A stretch of 64,000 nt of DNA from Nemertoderma westbladi (taxonomy: Eukaryota > Animalia > Xenacoelomorpha). The stretch is taken from the NCBI GenBank assembly GCA_032718475.1, contig JAUCBJ010006691.1, forward strand, positions 102,275 through 166,274. The letters run 5' to 3'. The notes under the pieces were generated by a model. That model was not told the DNA's origin. It saw only the letters and a program-made list of their open reading frames with translations, and ran no database searches. This document shows, one piece after another, positions 36,071 to 49,426 of the stretch (positions within the stretch are counted from its first letter, which is position 1; each line of letters opens with the position of its first letter). The translations under genes were made by a program, and so were the position numbers.

Positions 36071-36894
36071 TGTCACATCTGTCAGCTGTTCCTGTTACCT
36101 ATTACTATTTTGCATATAAAGATGGTAATCGTCTAATGCGATGCTACACTCAGAAATAGTGTATCCTTAGTTGTCACTCTCTGTGGTTTCATATGTTAAA
36201 TATACTAATACTGTTAGTAGTTGTACCAATTTTATACTGTAAATTGTTATATACATACTAATGGTGTGATAGTGTAATAGCTATGTATATGTAGTTTTAT
36301 TACAAACTTATTGGACGCAATCGAAATCATCCTTCTCCAGGGGAAATCGACGCCCAATAACATCTGATTACTCACAGTTTTATTGACTTCCGTTTATTGT
36401 TATATTGCGTACTCCCCCCCCCCCCCCCCCCCCCCGACTCAGTTTTGGAGTTTCGAATATTTGAACTACTAACTCGGACGATGGTATTAACCAAAATTGG
36501 TACAAATGTAGTCATCAAAAGTTTAGAACATTTGACAATACATTTGCTTGTTTGCTGTTAGAAAAATAACTTGATTTGATTTGACTTGATTTGTATATTT
36601 GGACCATCTGTTATAATAATCATTATATAATATTATCTATCGTAAACAATACGATTTGTAATACAGTACGCAATGCAAATAAAGTAAGTAAAATTGAACC
36701 ATAAATGGATATGGGCAAAGTTATGAAGTAAACAATGTTGAGGCTAGGGGGTATTGGTGGGATCTGTTTACACTGCGAGTCACAACTGTGGTAACAACCG
36801 GTTAGTTCGTAATTAAGTCATCTTCAATACAATCTATCATGTATGCTAAAGTTTCAGCACAATTTTGCACTGAACTATTGTGGGATGTTGAATA

Positions 36895-38582
36895 TTATAT
36901 AATTTCTATAGAATATATTTCGTTTATTGTTTTATCACGTGTTCTAGTCGCTTTTCCAGCAAAACTCATTAGATCCAAGTTCTCAGCGCTTACTTCATGT
37001 AAAAAGTTCGGTTCATTTAAGTACAATATATCAGGTTTACCACCTGGAGCAACAATTCCGGATTTTCTAAGTTTGTGAGAATTCCACATCAATCGAATTG
37101 AGTCGAGAGTGCGCTGTAAAAAATTGAGATATGTGAAACGAATGACCTCAATATGAAAACTGATTGAAGTGTCAATAACGCCGCCTGATTCGAGTTCTAG
37201 GAAATGCTGCAGAAACACCTGCATACCTATTAATGGGAACTTCGACCTCCACGACTCAATGCGTTGGTTTCTTGTACTTTTACCGTACAGGTAGGAAGAT
37301 CCATTCATAGCGCGATCATCTCCAAAATTCGAAAAAATTGTTGCAGCAATTCCACGTTTACATTTTCCGTACCTCGATCATTACGTATGCAGTGCGGAAC
37401 GCCACCTAGCGATCGAATGGAATCAAAAAATGCTTTCTAATCACAAATGGATCAGTGTTAGTTTTGTCGCACTTCAACCATGAAATCTTTCTGCTACTGT
37501 ATATCCATCAATACTGCCACCTTGCAAACCACCAACGTTAATCTAACGTTGGGTTTATGTTAGACATTCGTTAAAAAATGACAGATAGAATTTAACCATA
37601 AACCTACGTTAAAATACGATAGAATTCTGTAAATTTTTAACGTTAATTTTTTACTGTAATTATACGTTAAAAATCAATAGAGATCTGACATTTACGAATT
37701 TTTTAACGTTGATTTAACGTTAATTTTTAACGTTCATTATTAACGTTAAGTTAGCATTAAAATACATCAGATTTTAACGATGATTAGTGAATCACTTCAC
37801 TGATTCATCAATGGATAACATATCTATGTCTAGCTGACCATCCGTTGACTTTGTTCATTTCGTATTTTGTTAAATTTTTGTGATACGAGTCAACGAGTGT
37901 AATTTTTTAAATATTATTTTTAAATATTTTCCTTACTAGCCAGCATCTTGTGTACCAGTACCAAACGTATAGTATAGCCAGGGCATAAATTTTATTGACA
38001 ATTCCATCTTTATTGTCATAACGTTTTGACTTTTATTAAATAATTTTATAGAAGATTATCGATAAAAAAAACAAAATGGTTTTAGCGACGAAATGTTCAG
38101 GAGACGAAAAAAACTAATTTAGAAACTATGTACTGACAGATCAAAGGGTTTGAGTTTGTCCCACCCATCAATATGGTGGATGAAATTCGGGCCCTTGGCG
38201 ACGTATGACCTCCTACTAAGGAAATTCTATCCTCTACTGCGTTAGGTTGTAAAATGCGCAAGATATCTGTAATCAATTTACGCGGAGCAGATACATTATA
38301 CTTCATCATGTGTCTAGTGTCTCTTCTGCATTTGTCAGTAACCTATACCTGATGTGAGACCTTGGTTATCGATCTCCGCTATGATAGATGAAACAATAGA
38401 GGCGAATTTTTCAGAATTGAAATGCCGAACAAGTTGTCTGTTTGAAAGGAATCTCTTAACGGACCTGATGGAGCAGCTAAATCCGTCTCTATTCCAGTAT
38501 TCAATAAGAAGCGAGCGAATCTCACTATTACTATAACCTGCCCAAAAATTGTTAATTTACTATCCTTAGTTTCAGCGTCCAT
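36895..38582 (-). pseudogene. Disrupted DDE/integrase-core transposase (IS3EU-like), split by an insertion at about 37513-38128
   Basis: Fragments: SCSIRSVKRFL (HTH-like), YVAKGPNFIHHIDGWDKLKPFDLSVH // IDGY..SRKISWLKCDKTNTDPFV, GGVPHCIRNDRGTENV, YGKSTRNQRIESW, WNSHKLR; frameshifts and stops. Confidence 0.8.
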
Positions 38583-39113
38583 TTATCAACATCAATAACT
38601 GTAATTGTGCGGTACCGGTCCACGTAATCGAAAGTGATTTACTTATGGTGATCTGAATTTGCACAAATAAGAAACCAAAAAAAAAAAGATAATAAAACTA
38701 TTAATAGTTTAAAGAGATGACGTAAAAAAATAAATCATTTAGAGTTTGATAAAATGAAAAAAAATTTATTATTTAGAGTTTGATAAAATGAAAAAAAATT
38801 TATTATTTAGAGTTTTCAGAAATGAATCGATATAAGCCTAAGCCTACCCTACAGTTAACAGGTTACGTTAAGCGAACAGAGTGACAGACGACTACAGATA
38901 AGTCTAGTACCAGAGTACCGGTACATATACAGATATAGTACACTACTGCAACTGCACTGGTGAATTTTAACCGGCAGACCGGGGAGTGCAGGAGTGATTT
39001 TGTATGGGGAGTGAAAATTCTCTGTTACACCGGTAGTGCATAAGAATCATACTGTCATATGATTTTATATTTAACAGTTTAGACTTTAGACTAAATACAG
39101 GAAATACTGAAAT

Positions 39114-39740
39114 ATGAGTGACGAGAGTTACAGCGATTCCGACGTTGCTATGGCTACAGGTGTTAGTGCTGGCCCTTCTTCATCAAAGAAGAGAACAGCG
39201 AACCTTTCGAACAAACCATCCACGGACGACGAACTCACAGACAGTTCGACTAACAACGACAGCGGTTCTTCCAGCTCCAGTATCGGAGTAGTAACCCCCC
39301 GAAAAAAGCGAAGGTCCGATATCTCTTATCCGTCTAAAACAACACGTCTGCAGTTAGACGCAGGTGTTCCGTTATCCCAGCAGTCCACTGTAGGCGCTGC
39401 GGGAGTGTCTGGGTCGAATGGGGTCGAAACGGAGTCATTGTCCGTAACTACGAGTCATTCGTCCGCTACCAAGGCAACGGACGATACAGCGGAGCAACAG
39501 CCGGACTCACAGAAGTATCTGGAGCAGCTGGAGGAGTGTCAACAGCAGGTGAACGAAATGGGAGAACGCGAGTCGGTGGAACACCGTAAAGTGGCTAAAC
39601 GTTTCCGGGAATTCCGTGTTCCCCTATACCGTAAACGCACGCGGATTATCTCGAACATTCCGCACTTCTGGTTCAATGTTGTTCGCAATCACCCGCAACT
39701 AAAGCGCGTGTTTACCGATATAGACAAGGCGAGTTTGATG
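39114..39740 (+). CDS. SET/TSPY-like NAP-family histone chaperone, exon 1
   Basis: ATG 39114; Ser-rich N-terminus with NLS-like PRKKRR; LEQLEECQQQVNEM...FREFRVPLYRKRTRIISNIPHFWFNVVRNHPQL (NAP dimerisation helix and IPxFW); donor GTGAGT at 39741; phase 0. Confidence 0.85.
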
Positions 39741-40272
39741 GTGAGTGCGATTGGTTGTTCTGGTTTGCCTTAAGCCAGGTGCATAAAAATTACCGGAGTT
39801 TACTATCACTATCCATTCATCGGTGCTAATGCTGTAATGGGGCAATGCCATCCCCCCCCCCCCCCCCCCCCCCCTCCTAAATAATAAAGCATTGTTCTTG
39901 CACTCTACCCTGCTACCCTGTTTGGCACACTAGTAAAAATACCAAAGGCAAGGGATAAAATAATAAAGCATTGTTCTTGCACTCTACCCTGCTATTATTT
40001 AGGAGGGGGGGGATGGCATTGCCATGGGGCAGCAGGGTCCCTGCTACCCTGTTTGGCACACTAGTAAAAATATCAAACTGCCAAAGGCAAAGGATAAAAT
40101 AATAAACCTGGTTTTCTTACCAAAGTTGTTGATATTTTATTTTTAAATAAAGGGGTACTGGTAAACAATCTGTCAAGCTTACACAGGTTGTTGTGGGCGG
40201 TTTATTTAGGTGACATAAATGCGCTATCATCCGAAACCCCTTTTCTAACCTCTCTTTAATTACTTTTTTTAG

Positions 40273-40573
40273 TATTTGTATAACTTCGAAGCCATTAACA
40301 CAGTTACAAGTTGCCGTCTCGTCTTTACTTTTGAGAATAACCCTTACTTCGAAAACGATACTATTAGCAAAACATTGAGTTACCATCCGACACCTATCGG
40401 GACTATTGATTGGGCTTCACAAAGCTCAACGATCCACTGGAAACCCGACATGAATATTCCAGTTCTCTGTATGGAGGCCAGCCGTCGGAAATCTACTAAG
40501 AGAATGAGTTTCTTTACGTGGTTTGACGACCACGAGGATCCACAGATGGACTGCATCGCCGAGATATTCCGAG
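40273..40573 (+). CDS. SET/TSPY-like NAP-family protein, exon 2
   Basis: Acceptor ctttttttAG 40271-40272; YLYNFEA...FTFENNPYFENDTISK...STIHWK...SFFTWF...IAEIFR; donor GTAGGA at 40574; phase 1. Confidence 0.88.
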
Positions 40574-41554
40574 GTAGGACTATTATAGGCCACCAATTAA
40601 AGTCTCAACAAAATTGATGAAAATTTTGAAAATTGATGAGAATTTTCCCAAAATGAATAGATTTCCCACAAAATAAATACCGGTACATAATCTCTCAAAA
40701 TAAATAAATAATCCCCCAAAATGAATACATAATGTTCGCGTTATTTTCATTTCTGGTGCCGAGCCGAGCATATATAAAATTCATAAACTCTAAAATATGA
40801 ATAATATAATGAATAAGCCGCTTAACTTGCCTGAGGGCCAATCCCGAAAGGGATTGCGAGGGGCGAGTGGTACGCGGAGGGTCGACTTACTACTGACCCG
40901 ACGGAGAGATATTCAGCATCACTGCTGCATTCTTTCACCGACCGACAGACACCCAACGGACGCCCGAGCGTCGCCGGTCAGCTTAGTACGAGCCTGCGAA
41001 GGCATCGGGCCATGGAGACACTAGGCTATGCAAGGCACAGACCCGACGGACCTCCGGCGGCTTACCGACCGACTTATGACAGACGCGGAAGGTCCCGACA
41101 GGGTTTCACACGTAGTTTGGGGGGTTGAAATTTAAAGTAAAATAAAGTCAACTGCACAAGAATATTCTATTTATATTGGCGTTTGGGGAGTCCCATATAA
41201 TTGGAATCTGTGTTAAAATCGATAGAGAACAAGATCAGTTAGAATGAATTGAAGATTCAACCCAACCAGGCGACCTCGGTGACTAGTATCCCTGAGATCA
41301 ACAAACCCTCTCGAACTTATTTGTTGACCAAAACTGTTCGTTTACTTATCTAGCAGCTGATCGCAATGAACATTCACAGTCTTCTAGCATTCGCCACGAA
41401 TTTAAATAAGGGTTGATAAGAGATATTTTTAAGGATTTTTTGCAACGGTAGACAATTCCAAACTAAAGGGGCTCGAAAACTCATGTATCGTTGAGATTAA
41501 TCTAATCTAACAGTGTTTGTTTATATAGTAAACAGCACCACGAGTCGTATAAAT

Positions 41555-41767
41555 ACATATATATTCCCTCCAAATAAATACATATTCCCCCAAAATAAAT
41601 ACATTCCATTCCCCCAAAATAAATACATATTCCCCCAAAATAAATGCTTATTCCCCCAAAATAAATGCTTATTCCCCCAAAATAAATGCTTATTCCCCCA
41701 AAATAAATACATATTCCCCCAAAATAAATACATATTCCCCCAAAATAAATACATATTCCCCCAAAAT
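41555..41767. repeat. 21-bp minisatellite, resumed at 45125-45160 after a hAT-like insertion
   Basis: Unit TTCCCCCAAAATAAATACATA / ..ATGCTTA; diverged copies also at 40645-40730. Confidence 0.9.
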
Positions 41768-44700
41768 CAGGCCCATAGCCAGGATTTTATAGTTGGGTAG
41801 GCGAGGGAATATCAGGGTAGGCAGGCACAAATCTTAATTTGGATAAATTTTATAATAGATTTAATTTTATACAGTAGGTAGAAAGAAAAACTACATTAGG
41901 GTCTACATGGAGTCCGCCATCAGTTCATCATTTGTTTACAAAGCACAACATAAACAAGCGCGAAATCGCGCAGGTCCTTACTAACGCATTAACTGCCTCC
42001 TTGAATGGCTTACAGTACTACCAATCTTACTACCAAAAATATTCACCGAGAAATGGGATTGAACTCAGCATGTAGGCCTCGAGATTCCAAGTCCAATGCT
42101 TTACCAAATTCGCCACTGCGCCGTATGAAGCTAAAATTATCTAAACTAAACTGAACTTTTATAAAACTAAAACCCAACTGGAAATTAACAACAAGAACAC
42201 CATAACACCAACAACGGAATGAATACTAGTGGTCTTGCTACGTGGACCTAAAAAGACGGGGAGAGTTGCAGATAAACATACCTTTTATTGGCAATACACA
42301 ACACACTCAACAGGTACCTACAGTAGCTACATCATAAGGGTCAATAAGCTTAAAAGTGGCCAATGGTTTGTCCGGAAGTTACGATATAATTTTAAATGCT
42401 TTAATTTATTCGTATTTAATAAAGTTATATATTATTTTGTAGCTAATTTATTTGCGCAGCTTACGCACTAAAAATTATCAAAATCTGTTAAGGCACTCAA
42501 AAGATATGCCCCATCAAAGACTGAAATATCGTGAAAATCAGTTGTCCCTTACATGACAAGACTACAAACAACTGTAAATTTTATCACTCCAAGTGGCAAA
42601 TATATAGAAAACCTATATATTATTGGGAAGCTTAGATGTTTTGCTATCTTTTCCAATATATTTCAGGCCATAATATTCATGTTGAACCATTTGAGATCGA
42701 TACATAAAATGGGCATGGATTTTTCAATTTTTGTGTCACATCTGTAACATTTACGTCTAGAATCTGAAGTAGTAACTGTAGGTTTACAGTTTTGATATAT
42801 TTAGAATCTACAGGGTTTCTAACATATATAGGCCAAATGTCACGCATACAAAGGACAAGGTCATCTAATTTGGGAAGCATTTATGTTTAACAAAGTCAAT
42901 ATTGAAAGCATAAACGTCCATATCTGTAACGCTACAAATGTGGCCATAGATTTTGATAATATTAATCTCATACAAGTATAGTGATACGTGTGGAAAGGCA
43001 ATTTGAATTTATACCGCATTAACCCCAAGAGTTAATGTGATAAATAAACACCTAGGATGTATGGCGGTGGTAAGCGTTTTTGTCAACCATCTGTAACGCG
43101 TCACCGTTACAGTGCAGTGCGTTACAGATAGGGCATGTCTCATCTGTAATGCAATATATAACCAGTTATCGATGCGTTACAGACTGTAGGTTTTCAGTCA
43201 TATCTATATGACACTATGACAGTCCTATCTGTAACGGAGGGTCACCCTGAAATACAATAAGGCATCACTGTCAATATTTGAATGCCTACGCGTTTGATAC
43301 GTTATTCGTCTTCCTACTGACATCCTAACTGCTCATGGTAATGTGGTAGTGTAAGATGGGTAAGTGTAAAACGCGGAACCGGATGCAGGATCCGGATCGG
43401 TTCTCGAATTTTGAGGTTAAAACGCGGATCCGGATTTTCACGAAATCCGGAAATAAGTGAAAAACGCGAATTCAAGTTAATTTTCATTGTCAAGTGTTAC
43501 TGGATCCCATAAGGGGAGTAAAACACGGATTCATGTTTATCTCTATCCGGGAAGAGGTGATTGTGGATTCTGGGGAGTAAAGCGCAGATTCACTTCACAT
43601 ATGAAATTGTATGAATCCAGAGCTTCTGGGTCCGTGGTAAGTAATTTAGGAATTAATTGCAAATATATACAATCTCCATCTTATAAATTTTATGTATTAA
43701 TAAAATGTGCTTTCTGGAAAATTTCGCTTTACTTCGTTTAGAATTTAATTGTCGAAGATACATTTCCTACAAACAGTGTTTTTTTTAACATACAATATAT
43801 TGTACAGACGGTCCTTTGCCCAATGTTTCGTTTCGCGTTTTTCGTTATTAGGCTTCCCTGCATAGGCGCGTAATTTATTACAACAATACTGATAGCAATG
43901 GATCCGTCCATTATTGTCAGCTCTCGCTGGCAAGCTTGTAACTACTACTTTTTTTTATACGACACTATCACACTCAATAAGTGGTCGTAGTGCTACTCAA
44001 CCTGGCATTTCATAACAGATTGTTTATACAGTACAGACGTATATAGATAGACTTCAATAAATTTGTATGTCTAATTTCATCTGACATGAAGCAATAAATA
44101 AACAAAAATTAAGAATCCAGTGACTGTTATCAGTGAGTCTTTGTGTAACTTCAATGTAAGATTATAATTTACTCTAATGATTAAATACTCTAATGCGTAT
44201 AAAAGGCCTATATTTTACTATCAATTTCTAAATCATTGGGTTAACATCACTTACTGACTTACATGACGGACTTGTGCACTACTTATATTATTGTAATAAG
44301 TTTAGTCAGATCGGTTTATTGGATGAGGTAATGGACGTCTCTGAATCAGTTGCAGAGAAACGCCAGGGAGCGGCTAAATAAGTACAGAGAAAAAATTGAC
44401 CGCGGTTGTTATACAGAGTATTTTAAATAAGCAGATAAAAAGCGGCGCTATAGAGAAAATTTAACACGGGATATAAAAAAATCGTGTAAAACAAGATTAT
44501 CGGTTACACAGAAAAATGTTAATTAAAAACGTTTTCTATTTATTGGAAATCATGTGTACTAAGTACATATAATTTAATGGATGAGATGGTTATTGACAGA
44601 TATCGCTGTTTGTTACAGATGTTTGTCCAATAAATTACCTTATTGTCGAAGCAATAAGTTATAAATACTGCAAAATCCATATAACATAATTACCGTTACA

Positions 44701-45124
44701 GACGTTTGTCCCATAAATATCATCACTGTAATGCGTTACAGTGGTAGACAAAAATGTTACAGATATGACATTAGCATCGCGTCGCAGCGCGTCATGCTCT
44801 CCCTCTACCATCACAAGATTCGCCATGAAATTATCTTTCGAATGGTGTATGGTATGGCACTAATTTCCGACAAAAAATTTTCGGTCAATTTGTACCAATT
44901 TTACCCATAAGCAGATTCTATTCTGAGCTACTTACAATCCGAGCGTAATATCCTGTGTTTGATTACTAGAAGGCGAATGTTTAAAGAAGGAATGGAACCA
45001 TAAAGTGGTTGTGTAAAAATGAAAAATTAATAATGAAGTAAAATTTCTTCCAAAAAATTGGGTAGGCGAGACCCACGTTTGGGTAGGCGGCGCCTACCTT
45101 CGCCTTATACTGGCTACGGGCCTG
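41768..45124. mobile_element. hAT-like non-autonomous element expanded by nested insertions
   Basis: TIR CAGGCCCATAGCCAG / CTGGCTACGGGCCTG; 8-bp TSD CCCAAAAT at 41760-41767 and 45125-45132; GGGTAGGCG subterminal repeats; interior has many TCTGTAAC/GTTACAGA motifs of a probable second element. Confidence 0.88.
42048..42122 (-). pseudogene. tRNA-like sequence (SINE head or tRNA pseudogene)
   Basis: GGCGCAGTGGCGAATTTGGTAAAGCATTGGACTTGGAATCTCGAGG...GAGTTCAATCCC: A and B boxes and D-arm-like region, but the acceptor stem does not pair. Confidence 0.55.
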
Positions 45125-46138
45125 CCCAAAATAAATGCTTATTCCATTCCCCCAAAATAATCAAATACCGGTATTCTACCAAAATAAACAAACTCTTCAG
45201 TAGTTACAGACTGTCAGTTACTGACCATTGGTACGATTATCGTCGAGTGAGTACAAAACAAAGACCCCAGCTTTACTGCCCGTGCTGTAGAAAACAAAGA
45301 GGTAAAGTCGCATTAGGTCCCGAAGAGCGCTAGGTCCCATTGCCATTTAAAGAAGCAGGTTAACAAAGGAGCAGGTTACAGAGTAACCAAAACAATAAAC
45401 TAAAGTTATCACATGTTACAAGATTATCTAGGTCTTTAAATATATAATTGGGTCTTTGTTTTGTACTCACCCGAGGCGAGGATTGCCGGTATAAAATATA
45501 TAATGATGGAATAATATAAATAATGGAAATAAATAATGAATGAATTTGTATAAATAAATTTTCCATAAAATATTTGGTGCTGGAAGAATTGTTTTTGGTT
45601 GACAAGTAATTCATTTAGCATTTAGATAATTATTAATTTTTTGGGGATGAATAATTGTTTTTGGCGGATGAATAATTGTTTTTGGTGAGAGTGATATTTA
45701 AAATTGGGGGTTGTAAATTGGTGCTACAAAAAATATATTATTGCATTAATTATTCTGTTCAACAATAATTAATAAAACTTTATTAAACTAATGAATAACT
45801 TAATTCATAATTAAGTTAAATTAAGTTAAAATTCAGTTAAATTTGTTAAAAAAAAATGAAAAATATATTTGGTGCTAAATATTTTTTTTGTGTGAGATCA
45901 TATAATTTAGGGTGGCATTCTATTAGTGGCGTTTATTATGAGATATTGCATGGTCGGTTTATTATATGAGATATTCCGTGGTAGGTTTATTATATGAGAT
46001 ATTCCGTGGTGGGTTTATTATTTGATATATTCCATGGAGTGGAGATATTTCAGATATTTGAGATATTCCACTATTTCAGCTTTTAAGGACCGCTTGGCAC
46101 AACTTTTCCATCCATACCTCATTTACAGTATACCAGGT

Positions 46139-49100
46139 GGGTCAATATCACTAAAAGTGGCCAAAACTAAACAAAAACATTAGACACGCCGTAACTTTTA
46201 ACTTCAACGATCATTTCCAATAATTTATATCTTAAAATGACCGGTATTTTTCGGTGTTATTGACCAATTTTAATTTTTTTACGAATTTTTTTGCAACGCT
46301 ACCTTGTATTACTTTTTCAGAATATCTGCGCAAATTCGAAAAAACAGATTTTTCAGTGTAGATACCGAAGTTAAAACTTAAAAGCATTTAAATTTTATAA
46401 TGAACAAACCAGATTTGTTGATATCTATATACCATTTGAAAGAGCATAAAATAGGGTTGGTGCACGAAAAAATTGTTGAGCTAGAAACAATTGAATAAGA
46501 GGTAAGAAGGTGGGGATGAGGGTGGGAAGGTGGATGGGAATGTAGGAAGATGGAAATGTGGGAAGATGGGAATAGGGAAAGGTGAATGGGAATGTAGGAA
46601 GATGGGAAGGTGAGTGGGAATGTAGGGAGATGGGGATGTAGGAAGATGGGAATGTAGGAAGATGGGAATTTGGGAAGATGTGAATATATGAAGATGGAAA
46701 TGTGGGAAGGTGAATGGGAATGTAGGAAGATGGGAAGGTGGGTGGGAATGTAGGGAGATGGGAATGTATGAAGATGGGAATGTGGGAAGGTGAGTGGGAA
46801 TGTAGGAAGATGGGAAGGTGGGTGGGAATGTGGGAAGATGGTAATGTAGGAAGATGGGAAGATGGGAATTTGGGAAGATGTGAATATATGAAGATGGAAA
46901 TGTGGGAAGGTGAATGGGAATGTAGGAAGATGGGAAGGTGGGTGGGAATGTAGGGAGATGGGAATGTAGGAAGATGGGAATGTAGGAAGATGGGAATTTG
47001 GGAAGATGTGAATATATGAAGATTGAAATATGGGAAGGTGAATGGGAATGTAGGAAGATGGGAAGGTGGGTGGGAATGTGGGAATGTAGGAAGATGGGAA
47101 TGTAGGAAGATGGGAATTTGGGAAGATGTGAATATATGAAGATGGAAATGTGGGAAGGTGAATGGGAATGTAGGAAGATGGGAAGGTGGGTGGGAATGTA
47201 GGGAGATGGGAAGGTGGGTGGGAATGTAGGAAGATGGGAATGTAGGAAGATGGGAATGTAGGAAGATGGGAATTTGGGAAGATGGGAATGTGGGAAGATG
47301 GGAAGGTGGGTAGGAATGTAGGGAGATGGGAATGTAGGAAGATGGGAATGTAGGGAGATGGGAATTTGGGAAGATGTGAATATCGGAAGATGGAAATGTG
47401 GGAAGATGGGAAGGTGAATGGGAATGGGAATGTAGGAAGATGGGAAGGTGGGTGGGATGGCGGGAATGTAGGAAGATGGGAAGGTGGGTGGGGATGTAGG
47501 GAGATGGGAATGTAGGAAGATGGGAATGTAGGAAGATGGGAATGTGGGAAGATGGGAAGGTGGGTAGGAATGTAGGGAGATGGGAATGTAGGAAGATGGG
47601 AATGTAGGGAGATGGGAATTTGGGAAGATGTGAATATAGGAAGATGGAAATGTGGGAAGATGGGAAGGTTAATGGGAATGGGAATGTAGGAAGATGGGAA
47701 GGTGGGTGGGAAGGCGGGAATGTAGGAAGATGGGAAGGTGGGTGGGGATGTAGGGAGATGGGAATGTAGGAAGATGGGAATGTAGGAAGATGGGAATTTG
47801 GGAAGATGTGAATATAGGAAGATGGAAATGTGGGAAGATGGGAAGGTGAATGGGAATGTAGGAAGATGGGAAGGTGGGTGGGGATGTAGGGAGATGGGAA
47901 GGTGGGTGGGAATGTAGGAAGATGGGAATGTAGGAAGATGGGAATGTGGGAAGATGGTAATGTAGGAAGATGGGAATGTGGGAAGATGGGAATGGGGCAA
48001 GATGGGAAGGTGGGTGGGAATGTGGGACGATGAATGGGAATGTAGTCAGATGGGAAGGTGGGTGGGAATGTAGGGAGATGGGAAGGTGGGTGAGAATGTG
48101 GGAAGGTGGATGGGAATGTGGGAAGGTGGATGGGAATGTAGGAAGATGGGAATGTAGGAAGATGGAAATGTGGGAAGATGGTAATGTAGGAAGATGGGAA
48201 TGTGGGAAGATGGTAATGGGGCAAGATGGGAAGGTGAATGGGAATGTAGGAAGATGGGAAGGTAGGTGGGAATGTAGGGAGATGGGAAGGTGAATGGGAA
48301 TGTAGGAAGGTGGATGGGAATGTAGGAAGATGGGAATGTAGGAAGATGGGAATGTGGGAAGGTGGATGGGAGTGTGGGAAGGTGGATGGGAATGTGGGAA
48401 GGTGGATGGGAATGTGGGAAGGTGGGTGGGAATGTGGGAAGGTGGATGAGAATGTAGGATGATGGGAATGTAGGAAGATGGGAATGTGGGAAGATGGGAA
48501 GGTGGGTAGGAATGTGGGAAGGTGGGAATGTAGGAAGATGGGAATGTAGGAAGATGGGAATGTGGGAAGATGGTAATGTAGGAAGATGGGAATGTGGGAA
48601 GATGGGAATGGGGCAAGATGGGAAGGTGGGTGGGAATTTGGGAAGGTGAATGGGAATGTGGGTGGGAATATAGGGAGATGGGAAGGTGGGTGGGAATGTG
48701 GGATGGTGGATGGGAATGTGGGAAGGTGGATGGGAATGTAGGAAGATGGGAATGTAGGAAGATGGGAATGTGGGAACATGTGAATATAGGAAGATGGAAA
48801 TGTGGGAAGATGGGAAGGTGAATGGGAATGTAGGAAGATGGGAAGGTGGGTGGGAATGTAGGGAGATGGAAATGTAGGAAGATGGGAATGTGGGAAGATG
48901 GGAATGGGGCAAGATGGGAAGGTGGGTGGGAATATGGGAAGGTGAATGGGAATGTAGGAAGATGGGAAGGTGGCTGGGAAAGTAGGGAGATGGGAAGGTG
49001 GGTGGGAATGTGGGAAGGTGGATGGGAATGTAGGAAGATGGGAATGTGGGAAAGTGGATGGGAATGTAGGAAGATGGGAATGTGGCAAGGTGGATGGGAA

Positions 49101-49404
49101 TGCGGGAAGGTGGATGGGAATGTAAGAGATAAAAGACAAGCAGGAATTGTACCCACTGTAATGCCCCCCCCCCCCCCCCCCCCCCGTCATGCTCTATACT
49201 ATTACTATACGAAAATGGCATTACAGGGGGGACTTCAATTAAAACCCAAATAGAATTAGTAAAGTAAATTTAACTGACCACCGTGCTCATCGAATTATCC
49301 TTAAAAGGAGCTTTCAATTGATATACATGCTTATAGGTTTTGAAAGAAAATTTTTTTTACGAAATTCCCATCTTAAGTTTGGCCACTTTTAGTGATTTTG
49401 ACCC
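46139..49404. mobile_element. TIR-bounded non-autonomous DNA element enclosing the polypurine array
   Basis: GGGTCAATATCACTAAAAGTGGCCAAA (46139) vs TTTGGCCACTTTTAGTGATTTTGACCC (ends 49404); exact tips and TSD not resolved. Confidence 0.6.
46500..49125. repeat. 2.6-kb complex purine-rich (G/A plus T) array
   Basis: Shuffled 8-bp modules TGGGAATG, TAGGAAGA, TGGGAAGG; almost no C on the plus strand. Confidence 0.95.
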
Positions 49405-49426
49405 GTATGTGTTTACTGTTGCTGAA

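Noticed and set aside
34994-36119. Bona fide 360/370-aa repeat proteins
   Set aside because: Not annotated as CDS: a stop-free unit of length divisible by 3 gives such ORFs automatically and there is no unique domain; kept only as a low-probability option in findings.
40815-40875. Twister or HDV-like ribozyme (CCGCTTAAC...GAGGGGCG; GGCGAGTGGTAC)
   Set aside because: The required pseudoknot partners (twister loop-4 pairings, HDV P2 5' strand) could not be found.
42048-42122. Functional tRNA-Pro(TGG)
   Set aside because: Acceptor and anticodon stems pair poorly and it lies inside a transposon; more likely a SINE head.
46378-49253. Very long Pro/His/Ser-rich ORFs (up to 921 aa)
   Set aside because: Open in all three minus frames because the pyrimidine-rich strand of the array cannot form stops; lies in an intron.
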